Shown here: positions 1-9,403 of the stretch, in pieces
Position numbering within the stretch: position 1 is the first letter of the stretch
Layout of the letters: the number at the start of each line of letters is the position of its first letter
NCBI RefSeq assembly: GCF_006345805.1
Contig: NW_021825032.1
Coordinates: 1 to 16,985, forward strand
Direction of reading: 5' to 3'
Origin: Octopus sinensis
Taxonomy: Eukaryota
Length of the DNA stretch: 16,985 bases
Notes under the pieces: model-generated
What the model saw: the letters and a program-made list of their open reading frames with translations, nothing else
Told to the model about the DNA's origin: nothing
The model's database searches: none
Program-made: the position numbers and the translations under genes

Positions 1-80
1 TTCTAATCTTTCGTGAATTTATTTTAACATAACTCTGTAAAATTATTTTACTTTTTATAGTTTATGTAGACTCTTTTACT

Positions 81-454
81 TGTTTCAGTCATTTGACTGT
101 GGCCATGCTGGAGCACCGCCTCTAGCCGAGCAAATCGACCCCAGGACTTATTCTTTGTAAGCCTAGTACTTTTTCTATCGGTCTCTTTTGCCGAACCGCT
201 AAGTTACGAGGACGTAAACACACCAGCACTGGTTGTCAAGCGATGTTGGGGGGGGGACAAACACACATATATATGCATATGCATGTATACGACGGGCTTC
301 TTTTCAGTTTCCGTCTACCAAATCCACTGACAAGGGTTTGGTCGGCCCGAGGCTACAGTAGAAGACACTTGCCCAAGGTGCCAATCAGTGGGACTGAACC
401 CGGAACCATGTGGTTCGTTAGCAAACTACTTACCACACAGCCACTCCTGCGCCT
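81..454 (-). mobile_element. tRNA-derived SINE, family A (octopus CORE-SINE-like), full length
   Basis: The minus strand starts AGGCGCAGGAGTGGCTGTGTGGTAAG (box A-like), followed by GGGTTCAGTCCC (box B), a CORE-like CCTTGGGCAAGTGTCTT segment, an internal microsatellite and a GAAACAAGTAAAAGAG tail. It is flanked by a 21-nt direct repeat (60-80 and 457-477, 1 mismatch). Homologous segments occur at 1292-1610, 8917-9079, 9808-10250 and 16451-16483. Confidence 0.9.
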
Positions 455-948
455 ATGTTTATGTTGACTCTTTTACTCTTTCGAATGATATAGGCGTTAT
501 ATATGTTTCTACAATTCGAATAATTTTAATACGCAATTAATTCAACTGATTAGAAATTGTCGGCAAAATAAATATAAGACCGTACCAACATTATGCAAAT
601 TAATTAACCAAATGGGTGGTCATATGGCTAGGCGTACTGCAGTGTTTTGTTTTATAATTGAGCATTGTTACACATTAATTCGCTTTGGGAAAGCGTTGTA
701 GTATCAGCCCAGTCGCTAAATCGAAAATCTGTTGCTTCATCAGCAAAAGGTATCCTTCATGAACATTAGCAAGCAATTAGAATGCAGCAAAACGAGTTCT
801 GTTCAAGCATAGAAACTTTACCAAGTCACTGGCCAATACAAAGATCAGCAAAGATCTTTAGAATTATGTTTCTAAAAGAGTTCATGCTAAAAAAACCAAC
901 AAATTTGTGCCAATTATTTTAGAGTGGATTTTAGACGTCGACAGCGAT

Positions 949-1222
949 GCACAAGTTCGAGCAAGGTTGTTTATGGAAGACCAGCAGTCGCCAATGCATA
1001 CCAGCCTCCCTTCTCTATGCCACTGATGTTATCCAAGGGAAAGGCAAAGACCGATACAGCTTGGCACCAGTGACGTCACAACTCATTTCTACAGCTGAGT
1101 GAAATGGAACAACGTGAAGTAAAGTGTCTTGCTCAAGAACACAACACAGCCGTTCAGGGAATCGAACTCACTATCTCATGATTGTGAGCCCGACGCTCTA
1201 ATCACTGAGCCATTTGCCTTCA
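949..1222 (-). mobile_element. tRNA-derived SINE, family B, 3'-truncated
   Basis: The minus strand reads TGAAGGCAAATGGCTCAGTGATTAGAGC (box A) ... GAGTTCGATTCC (box B) ... GTTCTTGAGCAAGACACTT. It aligns by eye with the plus copy at 4651-4953. Confidence 0.85.
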
Positions 1223-1291
1223 TACCTGAATAGTACACAAGTACTTTATGGGTAACAGAGACAAATACAGATATATCAAATACAAAATAAC

Positions 1292-1610
1292 GCAAGTGTC
1301 TTCTACTATAGCCTTGAGCCGACCAAAGCCTTGTGAGTGGATTTGGTAGACGGAAACTGAAAGAAGCCCGTCGCATATATGTATGTATATGTGTGTATGA
1401 GTGGACGTATAAGTTTGTGTGACTGTGTCACCCCCCCTCAATATTGCTTGAAAACCGATTGTGGTGTGTTTACGTCTCCGTAACTTAGTGGTTCGACAAA
1501 AGAGAATACGTACTAGGCTTACAAAGAATAAGTCCTGTGATCGATTTGCTCGACTAAAGGCGGTGCTCCAGCATTGCCGCAGTCAAATGATTGAAACAAG
1601 TAAAAGAAAG
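1292..1610 (+). mobile_element. SINE family A, 5'-truncated
   Basis: Near-identical to the reverse complement of 81-370, from GCAAGTGTCTTCTACTATAGCC to GAAACAAGTAAAAG. It lacks the box A/B head. Confidence 0.9.
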
Positions 1611-1619
1611 AAAAGAAAT

Positions 1620-1665
1620 ATACATATATATATAACATATATATAATATATATATATATATATGT

Positions 1666-1697
<32 letters not shown>
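1620..1697. repeat. (TA)n microsatellite
   Basis: Direct reading. Confidence 0.95.
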
Positions 1698-1698
<1 letters not shown>

Positions 1699-2248
1699 AA
1701 GTATTTACTCGGACGTACGCACACACACAATGTAGTGCGGCGTTGCTCGGGTCGTTGATAAACATAACACCACGACCAACTGGTATTGCAGTGCATGTCA
1801 TTGATAAGGGAAAATCGATTTGAAATTGTACAAATCAGTGAACCGAAAGACGAGGTTATAGACATGCTTTTTCTCTTGTATCTTTTTAAAACCACATTGG
1901 GGTCCAGAGGGCAGCTGATATCCACAATAGAAAATATCATTACCTTCTGGTCTCACAAAACATTGTGTTTTAATTTGGGGTTTGCTTTTCTTTTTAAGTT
2001 CCAGCAAAATCCTTTTGACTCATCGGTCTCAATATAATCAATTTCGTTTATGCTTAACATGCCTCACTCAGTACAATTGCCGGGTTCCCTATTGCGTTTA
2101 CAAGACATTTCTCCATCCTTGGCGCTGCTGTGTAGCGTGTTCAAATCGAAAACCTCTTTGTTGAATAATCGACAAGTTAACCATATTATTTACATTATTT
2201 ACATTATTTACATTCGTCGGATATTTGTCCTCAACTTGTTTGTTGTTA

Positions 2249-2292
2249 ACACAAATTTTCGGCTGATCTACCCTCCAGCCTTCTTCAGGTGT
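2249..2292 (-). ncRNA. Minimal type-I hammerhead ribozyme motif HHR1 (Penelope-like element terminal repeat)
   Basis: The minus strand reads ACAC-CUGAAGA-A-GGCUG(GAGGGUAGAU)CAGCC-GAAA-AU-UU|GUGU. Stem I is 4 bp, stem II is 5 bp with G10.1-C11.1 after one extra A, and stem III is a loopless palindrome (AAAUUU). Confidence 0.7.
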
Positions 2293-2340
2293 CTTGGGGA
2301 AATTTCGAACGTGGGTCCTCATTCCTAAGGTATTCGTCGA

Positions 2341-2342
<2 letters not shown>

Positions 2343-2390
<48 letters not shown>
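2343..2390. repeat. (ATT)n microsatellite
   Basis: Direct reading. Confidence 0.95.
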
Positions 2391-2392
<2 letters not shown>

Positions 2393-3156
2393 AACAAACA
2401 AGATCAGGACAAATATCCGTTGAATGTAAATAATGTAAATAATGTACATAATTCCTCATCTCTAGAACTAAGTTAAACACAGTTATATACAATATTGCAC
2501 ACATGGACACATATAAACACACATACGCATTCAGAATTGTTTTGTGCCTATATGTGTGTGTGTATGTGTGTGTGTGTTGTGTGTGTATACACATATACAT
2601 GTATACATATACATATCTTTGTTAAGGCTCCCCTCTTGTGTGTTTAAATATACACTAATTTTTATATGAAAAATATATCTTTGTATGCAGGTAAATATCA
2701 AAATAAAGTGTATATGTATAAAACTATGCGTATGTGTGTATATTACTGCTGTATACATGTATGTATATAGCACATACACATATATACACATGCAAAAACA
2801 TACCCACAATCAAATGCAGATACATGCGTATAAACGTACATGCATGCATATGAGGATGTAAAATAATATATAATATAATATAATATAATACAATACCATA
2901 TATATGTATATATTATAAAGTGCGCTCATATAAAACACAACGAGAGGGCTTTGGGCGGCAATAGAAATTTCCTGTCGGAAGCTATAATTACGTTCAGAAT
3001 GTTTCATTATGGAAACTGTTGCTAACTCTACAGAGAACTCGTGTCTTGGGAGAAGAAAGATGTTTGGAAGGGACCAAGAGAATCTTACTTTAAAAATAGA
3101 ATGTTTCCCAGGACCGGAATAGTTTCGCAATCTTTATATTCTTTTATTGCGCCTAT

Positions 3157-3172
3157 GGTTATTATTATTATT

Positions 3173-3208
<36 letters not shown>

Positions 3209-3248
3209 ATCATTATTGTTGTTGTTGTTGTTGTTATTATTATTATTA

Positions 3249-3295
<47 letters not shown>

Positions 3296-3590
3296 TTATT
3301 ATTTATTATTGGTAATAATATTATTATTATTATTATTATAATTATTATTATTATTATTATTATTATTATTTTTATTTTTATTTTTATTTTTATTATTATT
3401 ATTTATTATTGTTATTATTGTTGTTATGATTATTATTTTTATTTTTATTTTTATTTTTATTATTATTTTTATTATTGTTATTATTGTTGTTATGATTATC
3501 ATTTTTATTATCATTATTATTATTATTATTATTATTATTTATTGCTGTTATTGTTATTATTATTATTATTATTTATTATCTTTATTGTTA

Positions 3591-3677
<87 letters not shown>
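3157..3677. repeat. Compound (ATT)n/(GTT)n/(ATTTTT)n/(ATC)n microsatellite
   Basis: Direct reading. It accounts for the spurious poly-I/V/L/Y ORFs in the track. Confidence 0.95.
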
Positions 3678-4025
3678 CTATTTTTACGCACATACTCTAC
3701 TCACATAAAAACAGATTCAGATATAGATATTCAGGTATGGGCAAGAACAGGCATGTACACGCCTTCGTAGGTTTGTACACATACATACACTCACGTATTC
3801 ATATATGTATAACTTTATACGCCTCCCGATATACATATTTATTCATATGTAAGTATATGGAGCGAGGGGTGAGAGGATGACGATGTAAATATAAACATAT
3901 AAACACATAAGAGTGTGTGTGTGTGGATGTGTGTATATACTAAATGTATATATTTATATATATACATATATATATACGTCATTTTTATTTAATAATTGAA
4001 CGCCATGCAGTCTTTGTCAACAGAA

Positions 4026-4029
<4 letters not shown>

Positions 4030-4106
<77 letters not shown>
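4030..4106. repeat. (TA)n(GA)n microsatellite
   Basis: Direct reading. Confidence 0.95.
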
Positions 4107-4107
<1 letters not shown>

Positions 4108-4250
4108 TTGATAGATAAATATAGATATAAATATACATATACACATATTTGTACATATATCTACTATATCATAAATATATATGGATAAATATACATATAT
4201 ATGCCATATTCATATGCGAGTGTGTGTACAAGCCAGATCTTGTGCACACG

Positions 4251-4289
<39 letters not shown>

Positions 4290-4650
4290 TATATGCATGC
4301 ATACAAACACACCCACATGCGCACACGCAAACACACACACCCACAAGTTACTGAAATTCATGTGAGCTAATATTTAATAAACCATTTTTCCCTCCAGCTA
4401 GAAATCGCATATATGTACTTTTTTCCCCTAAAAGTATGGTTCAATATCGATATCATGTGCATTAAAGCGTAAGGAAAAGGCGAATGCAGTTACGCGAAAC
4501 TCGGAGTAGCGATCTGTGAAGATACAATTATATTCCACTGGTCTCGAGTAAGCATATGATTATATATCGAACATACGCACACATATGCACACACACACGT
4601 ACACACACATATGACGAAGGTGCATATATGTGTTTGTGTGTGTGTAAGAC

Positions 4651-4953
4651 GAAGGTGCATGGATCAATTGTTAGAGCGTCGAGCTCACAATCATGAAGTG
4701 GTGAATTCGATTCCCGGACCGGGCTGTGCATTGTGTTCTTAAACAAGACACTTAATTTCACGTTGCTTTAATTCACTCAGCTGCTGAAATGAGTTGTGAC
4801 GTCACTGGTGCCAAGCCTTTCCCTTGGATAACGTCAGTGATGTGGAGGGGGAAGGCAGGTATGCCTGGGCAACTGCTGGTCAACCATGCCTGGACTTGTG
4901 CCTCGGAGGGTAACTTTCTAGGTGCAATTCCATGGACATTCATGACCGAAGGA
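4651..4953 (+). mobile_element. SINE family B, near full length
   Basis: GAAGGTGCATGGATCAATTGTTAGAGC (decayed box A), GAATTCGATTCC (box B), a CORE-like segment, and a 3' body ending CATGACCGAAGGAAGTTTTTAC. Homologous to 949-1222 (rc) and 9651-9775. Confidence 0.85.
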
Positions 4954-4969
4954 AGTTTTTACACTTTGG

Positions 4970-4974
4970 CATAT

Positions 4975-5006
<32 letters not shown>

Positions 5007-5019
5007 GTAATATATATTA

Positions 5020-5052
<33 letters not shown>

Positions 5053-5141
5053 ATATGTGTGTGTGATGTGTGTGTTGTGGTGTGTGTGTGTGTGTGTGTG
5101 TTGGTATATGTGTGTGTTGTGTATATATATGTGTTTGTATG

Positions 5142-5174
<33 letters not shown>

Positions 5175-5175
5175 T
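4970..5175. repeat. (TACA)n/(TA)n/(TG)n compound microsatellite
   Basis: Direct reading. Confidence 0.9.
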
Positions 5176-5410
5176 TATAATGCAAAATAAGAAAATGGAG
5201 AAATACATCGAAATCAAATATCAATTACCAGATAATACTCAATCACATACTTTATTAAACCACCACATAAGAAACTATAAGGTTAAACATAATAATGTAG
5301 GGTAAAACAGTGTACATGAAGGAGTGTACATAAAATAATAATGTTATACAATAAGCAGAATACGTACAATAGAAATAATATAAGTAGACATAAATATAAA
5401 TATAGACTAT

Positions 5411-5535
5411 ATCTTACAGCTGTTTCGGCCCTGTATATAGCAGTCTCATTTAACTTATATTAGCCATTTATGGTAGGTCAATATGTAGTTATAAATGAGA
5501 CATTTACAAAAACATCCTAAGACCTCTTCGGAGAT
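5411..5535 (-). ncRNA. Type-I hammerhead ribozyme motif HHR2 with enlarged stem II
   Basis: The minus strand reads AUCU-CCGAAGA-GGUCUU...AGGGCC-GAAA-C(AGCU)G-UA|AGAU. There is an inner perfect 10-bp helix (5443-5452/5492-5501). Predicted cleavage is between 5415 and 5414. Confidence 0.7.
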
Positions 5536-5999
5536 TACAAATTAGATTACATACATACTTATATAGGTGTGGGTATATACCCATAATAAAACATATACAT
5601 ACCCATAATAAAACATACTCACACTCCTATACATATAAATATACATATACATAATGATATAAATAATATAAATTAATAAACATACATATGCTCCACATTC
5701 AATGTTACAGTTTATCAACTTAATGTGATAATTACAATGTAGAAAAACATACACATAGTAATATCTAAATGCAGATATAGAGAGTCAAGATTACATTCTA
5801 TTAGTTCTTATTAATTTCTAAAATGTCATTAATGCTAGCATCATTATTATTGTCGTTACCACTAATGCTACCAATATCATCATTCATATTATTATTAATA
5901 ACGCTAATACTAGAGAAACAATACATAAATTCCATTATTAGCAATATAGTCACAATAGTATTACAATACCATGCAAAGTGTTAGATATCTTCATATACA

Positions 6000-6957
6000 T
6001 ACGAAATATGAAGTACCAGCATTCTGTTTATACTACATTTATGGCGTTTTAAAATTTTGGTTTCTTTTTATGTTTTCCGAGAATTCTATTTTTGGAATCT
6101 CTTTTGTTTTGTTTCTTTTCTAGTTAATTTTAATTCATTTTTGTTTATTTTCAGATCATTAAAATGGAATGTCAAGTTAAGAAAAACGATCATTTTCCAC
6201 ACCTCCTTCTTTTTGCTTTTAATCAAGATTCTAAGTCCGCAAATGCTGCTAGCGACATTTGTGATGTGTATGGAGAGGGTGCCATAGATGACAGAACCGC
6301 TCCTGATTGGTATGCCAAGTTCGAAAATGGAACTTTTGACTTCAAAGACGCACCTCGTTCTGGCCGTCCAGTTGACTTCGATGAAGAGCGCTTACTCCAA
6401 CTTTTGCACGAAAATTCTCGTCAAACGACCGGGGAACTGGCAAAGAAAATGAAATGCTCGCACACTGCTATAGAGATGCATCTTCACTCGATGGGAAAGG
6501 TTCAGAAGTATGGAGCATGGGTTCCGCATGCTTTCAGTGACAACAACAAAAATCAACGAGCCACAATCTCCGCTGGTTTTCTTGCTCGTCACCGCTCAAC
6601 TCATGGACGCAAGCAACGATTTCTTTACCGATTCGTTACCGGCGACGAAAAGTGGTGCCTGTACATCAGTATGAAGCAGCGTAAGGAATGGCTTAGCCCC
6701 GGTAAACAAGCAACACCGCACGTGAAACAAGATCTTCATCAGCGTAAAACGATATGGTGGGACTGGGAAGGGATTATCCATTACGAATTGCTTGAACGGA
6801 ACCAAACGGTCAACGCGGGACTCTATGTTCAACAGATGGAACGACTCAACATGACTCTTCAAGAGAAAAGACCTAATCGGCAGCATGGGGTTCTTCTGCT
6901 GCACGACCACGCACGCCATCATATCGCCAATATGACCAAGGAAATCATTCAAGCGCA
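6000..6957 (+). mobile_element. Mariner (DD34D-type) DNA transposon fragment, 3'-truncated; no TIR recognised
   Basis: The transposase ORF plus an upstream leader. The 5' boundary is approximate, and transposase similarity stops at ...CAAGCGCAT (~6958). Confidence 0.85.
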
Positions 6958-7015
6958 TTTAGACGTACGGGTGGTACGATGTATCTTGTATACATCGTAC
7001 CACTCGTACGTTTAA
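6164..7015 (+). pseudogene. Mariner transposase (SETMAR/Mos1-like), C-terminally truncated, 283 aa open
   Basis: HTH region (ICDVYGEGA...W..KFENG..DAPRSGRP), WVPH linker (6518-6529), VTGDEKW first Asp (6644-6646), WWDWEGIIHYELL and HD second Asp (6905-6907). The YSPDLAP-x-D third-Asp motif is absent. The last ~19 aa are encoded by a non-mariner hairpin. Confidence 0.92.
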
Positions 7016-7017
7016 AT
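6957..7017. repeat. 28-bp inverted repeat (hairpin) with 5-nt loop
   Basis: ATTTAGACGTACGGGTGGTACGATGTAT-CTTGT-ATACATCGTACCACTCGTACGTTTAAAT: 26 Watson-Crick pairs plus 2 G-T. Confidence 0.95.
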
Positions 7018-7730
7018 ATTTTTAATAATAACATTCTGACCTTTCCTAAGTTTTCAAATCCTAATACTTTATAACCAAATAAAAAATTAATATACCAGAC
7101 TAGCTTTTATTCAACTTGCATAGATTACTAAGAAGCTGCATTGCATATATAAATCTGAATATATAGAATTAGAATTTTTTTCTCCAAATATAGTAAATAT
7201 TAGGTCTAAAATTTTCTTTTAATTCAACTTATTAAAATAATCACCACTTACTAGCTAATTATGATAATATATTAATGAATATATATTTCTATATTTTTTA
7301 TAACTATATAAGATACAAATATTTATTGAAATCATTTAGCTTATTGTCTGAGGGTATTTGCTTAGGTTTCTTGATGTAGAATCCGGATGTCAACTGGTAG
7401 TAGTCACTGAAATCCCTAGGACACTAATAGTCTATATTCTCCTACCCCTCTAACTTCAACATGAATAATTTTTGACATTTGTTCTACCCCTTCCTATATC
7501 TATAAATCGAAAAAAACTCTTTGTCTCCATCCAACCGAAAATCCCCCCTCCCCACTAACAGATCTAAATAACTAAGTGAAAAATCTACAGCGAAGGAGTA
7601 ATTTTAATATTATCATGTTCTTGAGAATCGAATCAACCCCTCTGTCTGTATATCTACCCTCTTTATAATGTTGGCAAACGAAATGGAAATAAGAATATAT
7701 AGTGTCCGTTTGATGGAAGACTTCTATAAA

Positions 7731-7814
7731 TGGCTGAAGATTGCTCAACATTTTAAAACTGATGTAATACTTACAGTGTTTGATAAAATGAAGTAGCAGG
7801 AAACGATTGTACCA
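7731..7814 (+). ncRNA. Degenerate type-I hammerhead ribozyme motif HHR3
   Basis: UGG-CUGAAGA-UUGCU...AGCAG-GAAA-C(GAUU)G-UA|CCA. Inner helices are CAUUUUA/UAAAAUG (7749-7755/7784-7790) and UGUAA/UUACA. Stem I is only 3 bp and the 10.1-11.1 pair is U-G. Confidence 0.5.
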
Positions 7815-7949
7815 AATTACCTAAGATATACTTGTTGCTTATTTTGATTTTATTATAATCACACCATGGATTTATATGGATAATACCATACAAAATTCTG
7901 GTGCATCTGACTTAAGTACCATATCTATCTGAATCTAAATTTGCTGGAC

Positions 7950-8037
7950 TTATATTATATATATATATATATATATATATGTACATTCATATATATATAT
8001 ATACATTCATATATATATATATATATAATATATATAT

Positions 8038-8069
<32 letters not shown>

Positions 8070-8129
8070 GTGTGTGTGTGTGTGTGTACATTCATATAAT
8101 ATATATATGTGTGTGTGTGTGTGTGTACA

Positions 8130-8199
<70 letters not shown>

Positions 8200-8330
8200 A
8201 ACATATATATACATATACATATATATATATACATGCGTATATATATATATATATATAAATATATGTATATGTGTGTGTATATATATATGTTTATATATAT
8301 ATATATATAAATGAATATATATATATATAT
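7950..8330. repeat. (TA)n/(TG)n compound microsatellite
   Basis: Direct reading. Confidence 0.95.
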
Positions 8331-8814
8331 GCGCGTGTTTGGTGGGGTTGTATTAGCGTAAAATTGATTGTTCGTTCCTCATCCTCTCGAAGTTGTTCAC
8401 ATGGGATTATTTTTCAAAGCATCTGCACAATGGATCACACACAAACACACAAACTTCGGGGGACGTTGCGGAGATGGAATTAGTGGAGGCCAAAGAAACG
8501 AAGATTAATATTTATGTAGTGTAGGATAAATATCCCGATGTATGGCAATGGTCATAATGTCAGACTCTTTGAAGCCCATTCAGTTTTGAGATCCGACGAA
8601 AGCAAACATTTGTAATATTCTTTTTTATCTCAAAATGTTTTGTTTTCAATAGAGCAACAGTTCATGCCTTTTTTCTGCTCTCTTAAGAGTACACTCTAGA
8701 GTACCTTTTCTCTCGTTTTCAATTGTAAATAAAATGTAATGGAAATTCACTCACGCACAAACACACACATAGATGTACACAGGCACAGACACACAACCAC
8801 ACACACACAGACTT

Positions 8815-8829
8815 ATGTATGTATGTATG

Positions 8830-8872
<43 letters not shown>
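8815..8872. repeat. (TATG)n(TA)n microsatellite
   Basis: Direct reading. Confidence 0.9.
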
Positions 8873-8875
<3 letters not shown>

Positions 8876-8916
8876 GTTAGATAGAAAGATTCATACGCGT
8901 ATATTTGCGTATATGT

Positions 8917-9079
8917 GTGCAGGCATGGCTGTGTGTTAAGAAGTTTACTTCCCAACCACATGGTTTCGGGTTCAGTTCCCTACGTGGGACCTTGGCAGGT
9001 GCATTCTATCATAGCCTCGGGCCGACCTAAGGCTTGTGAGCGGATTTAGTACACGGAAACTGAAAGAAGCCCGTCGTAT
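8917..9079 (+). mobile_element. SINE family A, 5' half
   Basis: GTGCAGGCATGGCTGTGTG...GGGTTCAGTTCC...GGAAACTGAAAGAAGCCCGTCG matches the rc of 290-454. Confidence 0.85.
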
Positions 9080-9403
9080 ATATTATATATATATTTAAAG
9101 GCTAAAACAATGCGAAGCGCATTGTGACCGGCGATGTGTAGCAACATTTGATAGCCTAGTCGGTCACGGTCACGGTCATATATGTAAATACACACACACA
9201 CATATTAAGAACGGGACATCACCAACGAGTGAAAAATATGTAAAAACATAAATAGCCATCTACTGCTGTTCATAGGAGTCCGCCAAACGCTGTGCAACAG
9301 CACACGCCATGAGTCAATCCGCTTCTACTAAGTTCAAGCCATGACAGACGGAGGGGATGGCCTAAAGTCGACGATTTAAAACTAACTGCGACAACACTTG
9401 CAT

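Larger units (their letters stand above)
2185..2452. repeat. 65-nt inverted repeat (2185-2249 and 2388-2452) bracketing HHR1 and an (ATT)n tract; Penelope-like inverted partial LTR
   Basis: TTAACAACAAACAAG...GGACAAATATCCG...AATGTAAATAATGTAAATAATGTA is present on both strands, 60/65 identical by manual alignment. Confidence 0.8.

Noticed and set aside
380-454. tRNA-like box A/B heads (also 1160-1222, 4651-4720, 10306-10375)
   Set aside because: They are SINE heads continuing into SINE bodies, with no complete cloverleaf, so they are not tRNA genes.
738-744. Isolated core words: CTGATGA/CTGAAGA at 738, 6736, ~9555, ~14194 and 15955 (all minus), and CCGANGA at 2020(-), 2214(-), 8594(+), 13002(+) and 14261(+)
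   Set aside because: None has a GAAA / stem III / NUH / stem I in register.
1737-1753. CCCGAGCAACGCCG (minus), resembling an animal Helitron 3' hairpin
   Set aside because: The closing arm is incomplete, no CTRR end follows, and no helicase motifs were found upstream.
1786-2164. Short ORFs next to HHR1 as possible Penelope RT/GIY-YIG
   Set aside because: No RT or GIY-YIG motifs are recognisable in any frame.
3041-3880. 279-aa ORF and overlapping poly-I/L/V/Y ORFs
   Set aside because: These are translations of trinucleotide microsatellites. The same applies to the YI/CV/HT-repeat ORFs throughout the window.
4467-4513. Half-hammerhead: GCGTAA/TTACGC stem, GAAA, ACTC-G-GAGT, GUA
   Set aside because: The seven bases that should be CUGANGA read CATTAAA, and no stem I forms. 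It may be a dead relic but cannot be supported.
8584-8635. 9-bp inverted repeat TTTTGAGAT/ATCTCAAAA
   Set aside because: It is short, AT-rich and compatible with chance, with no associated motif.
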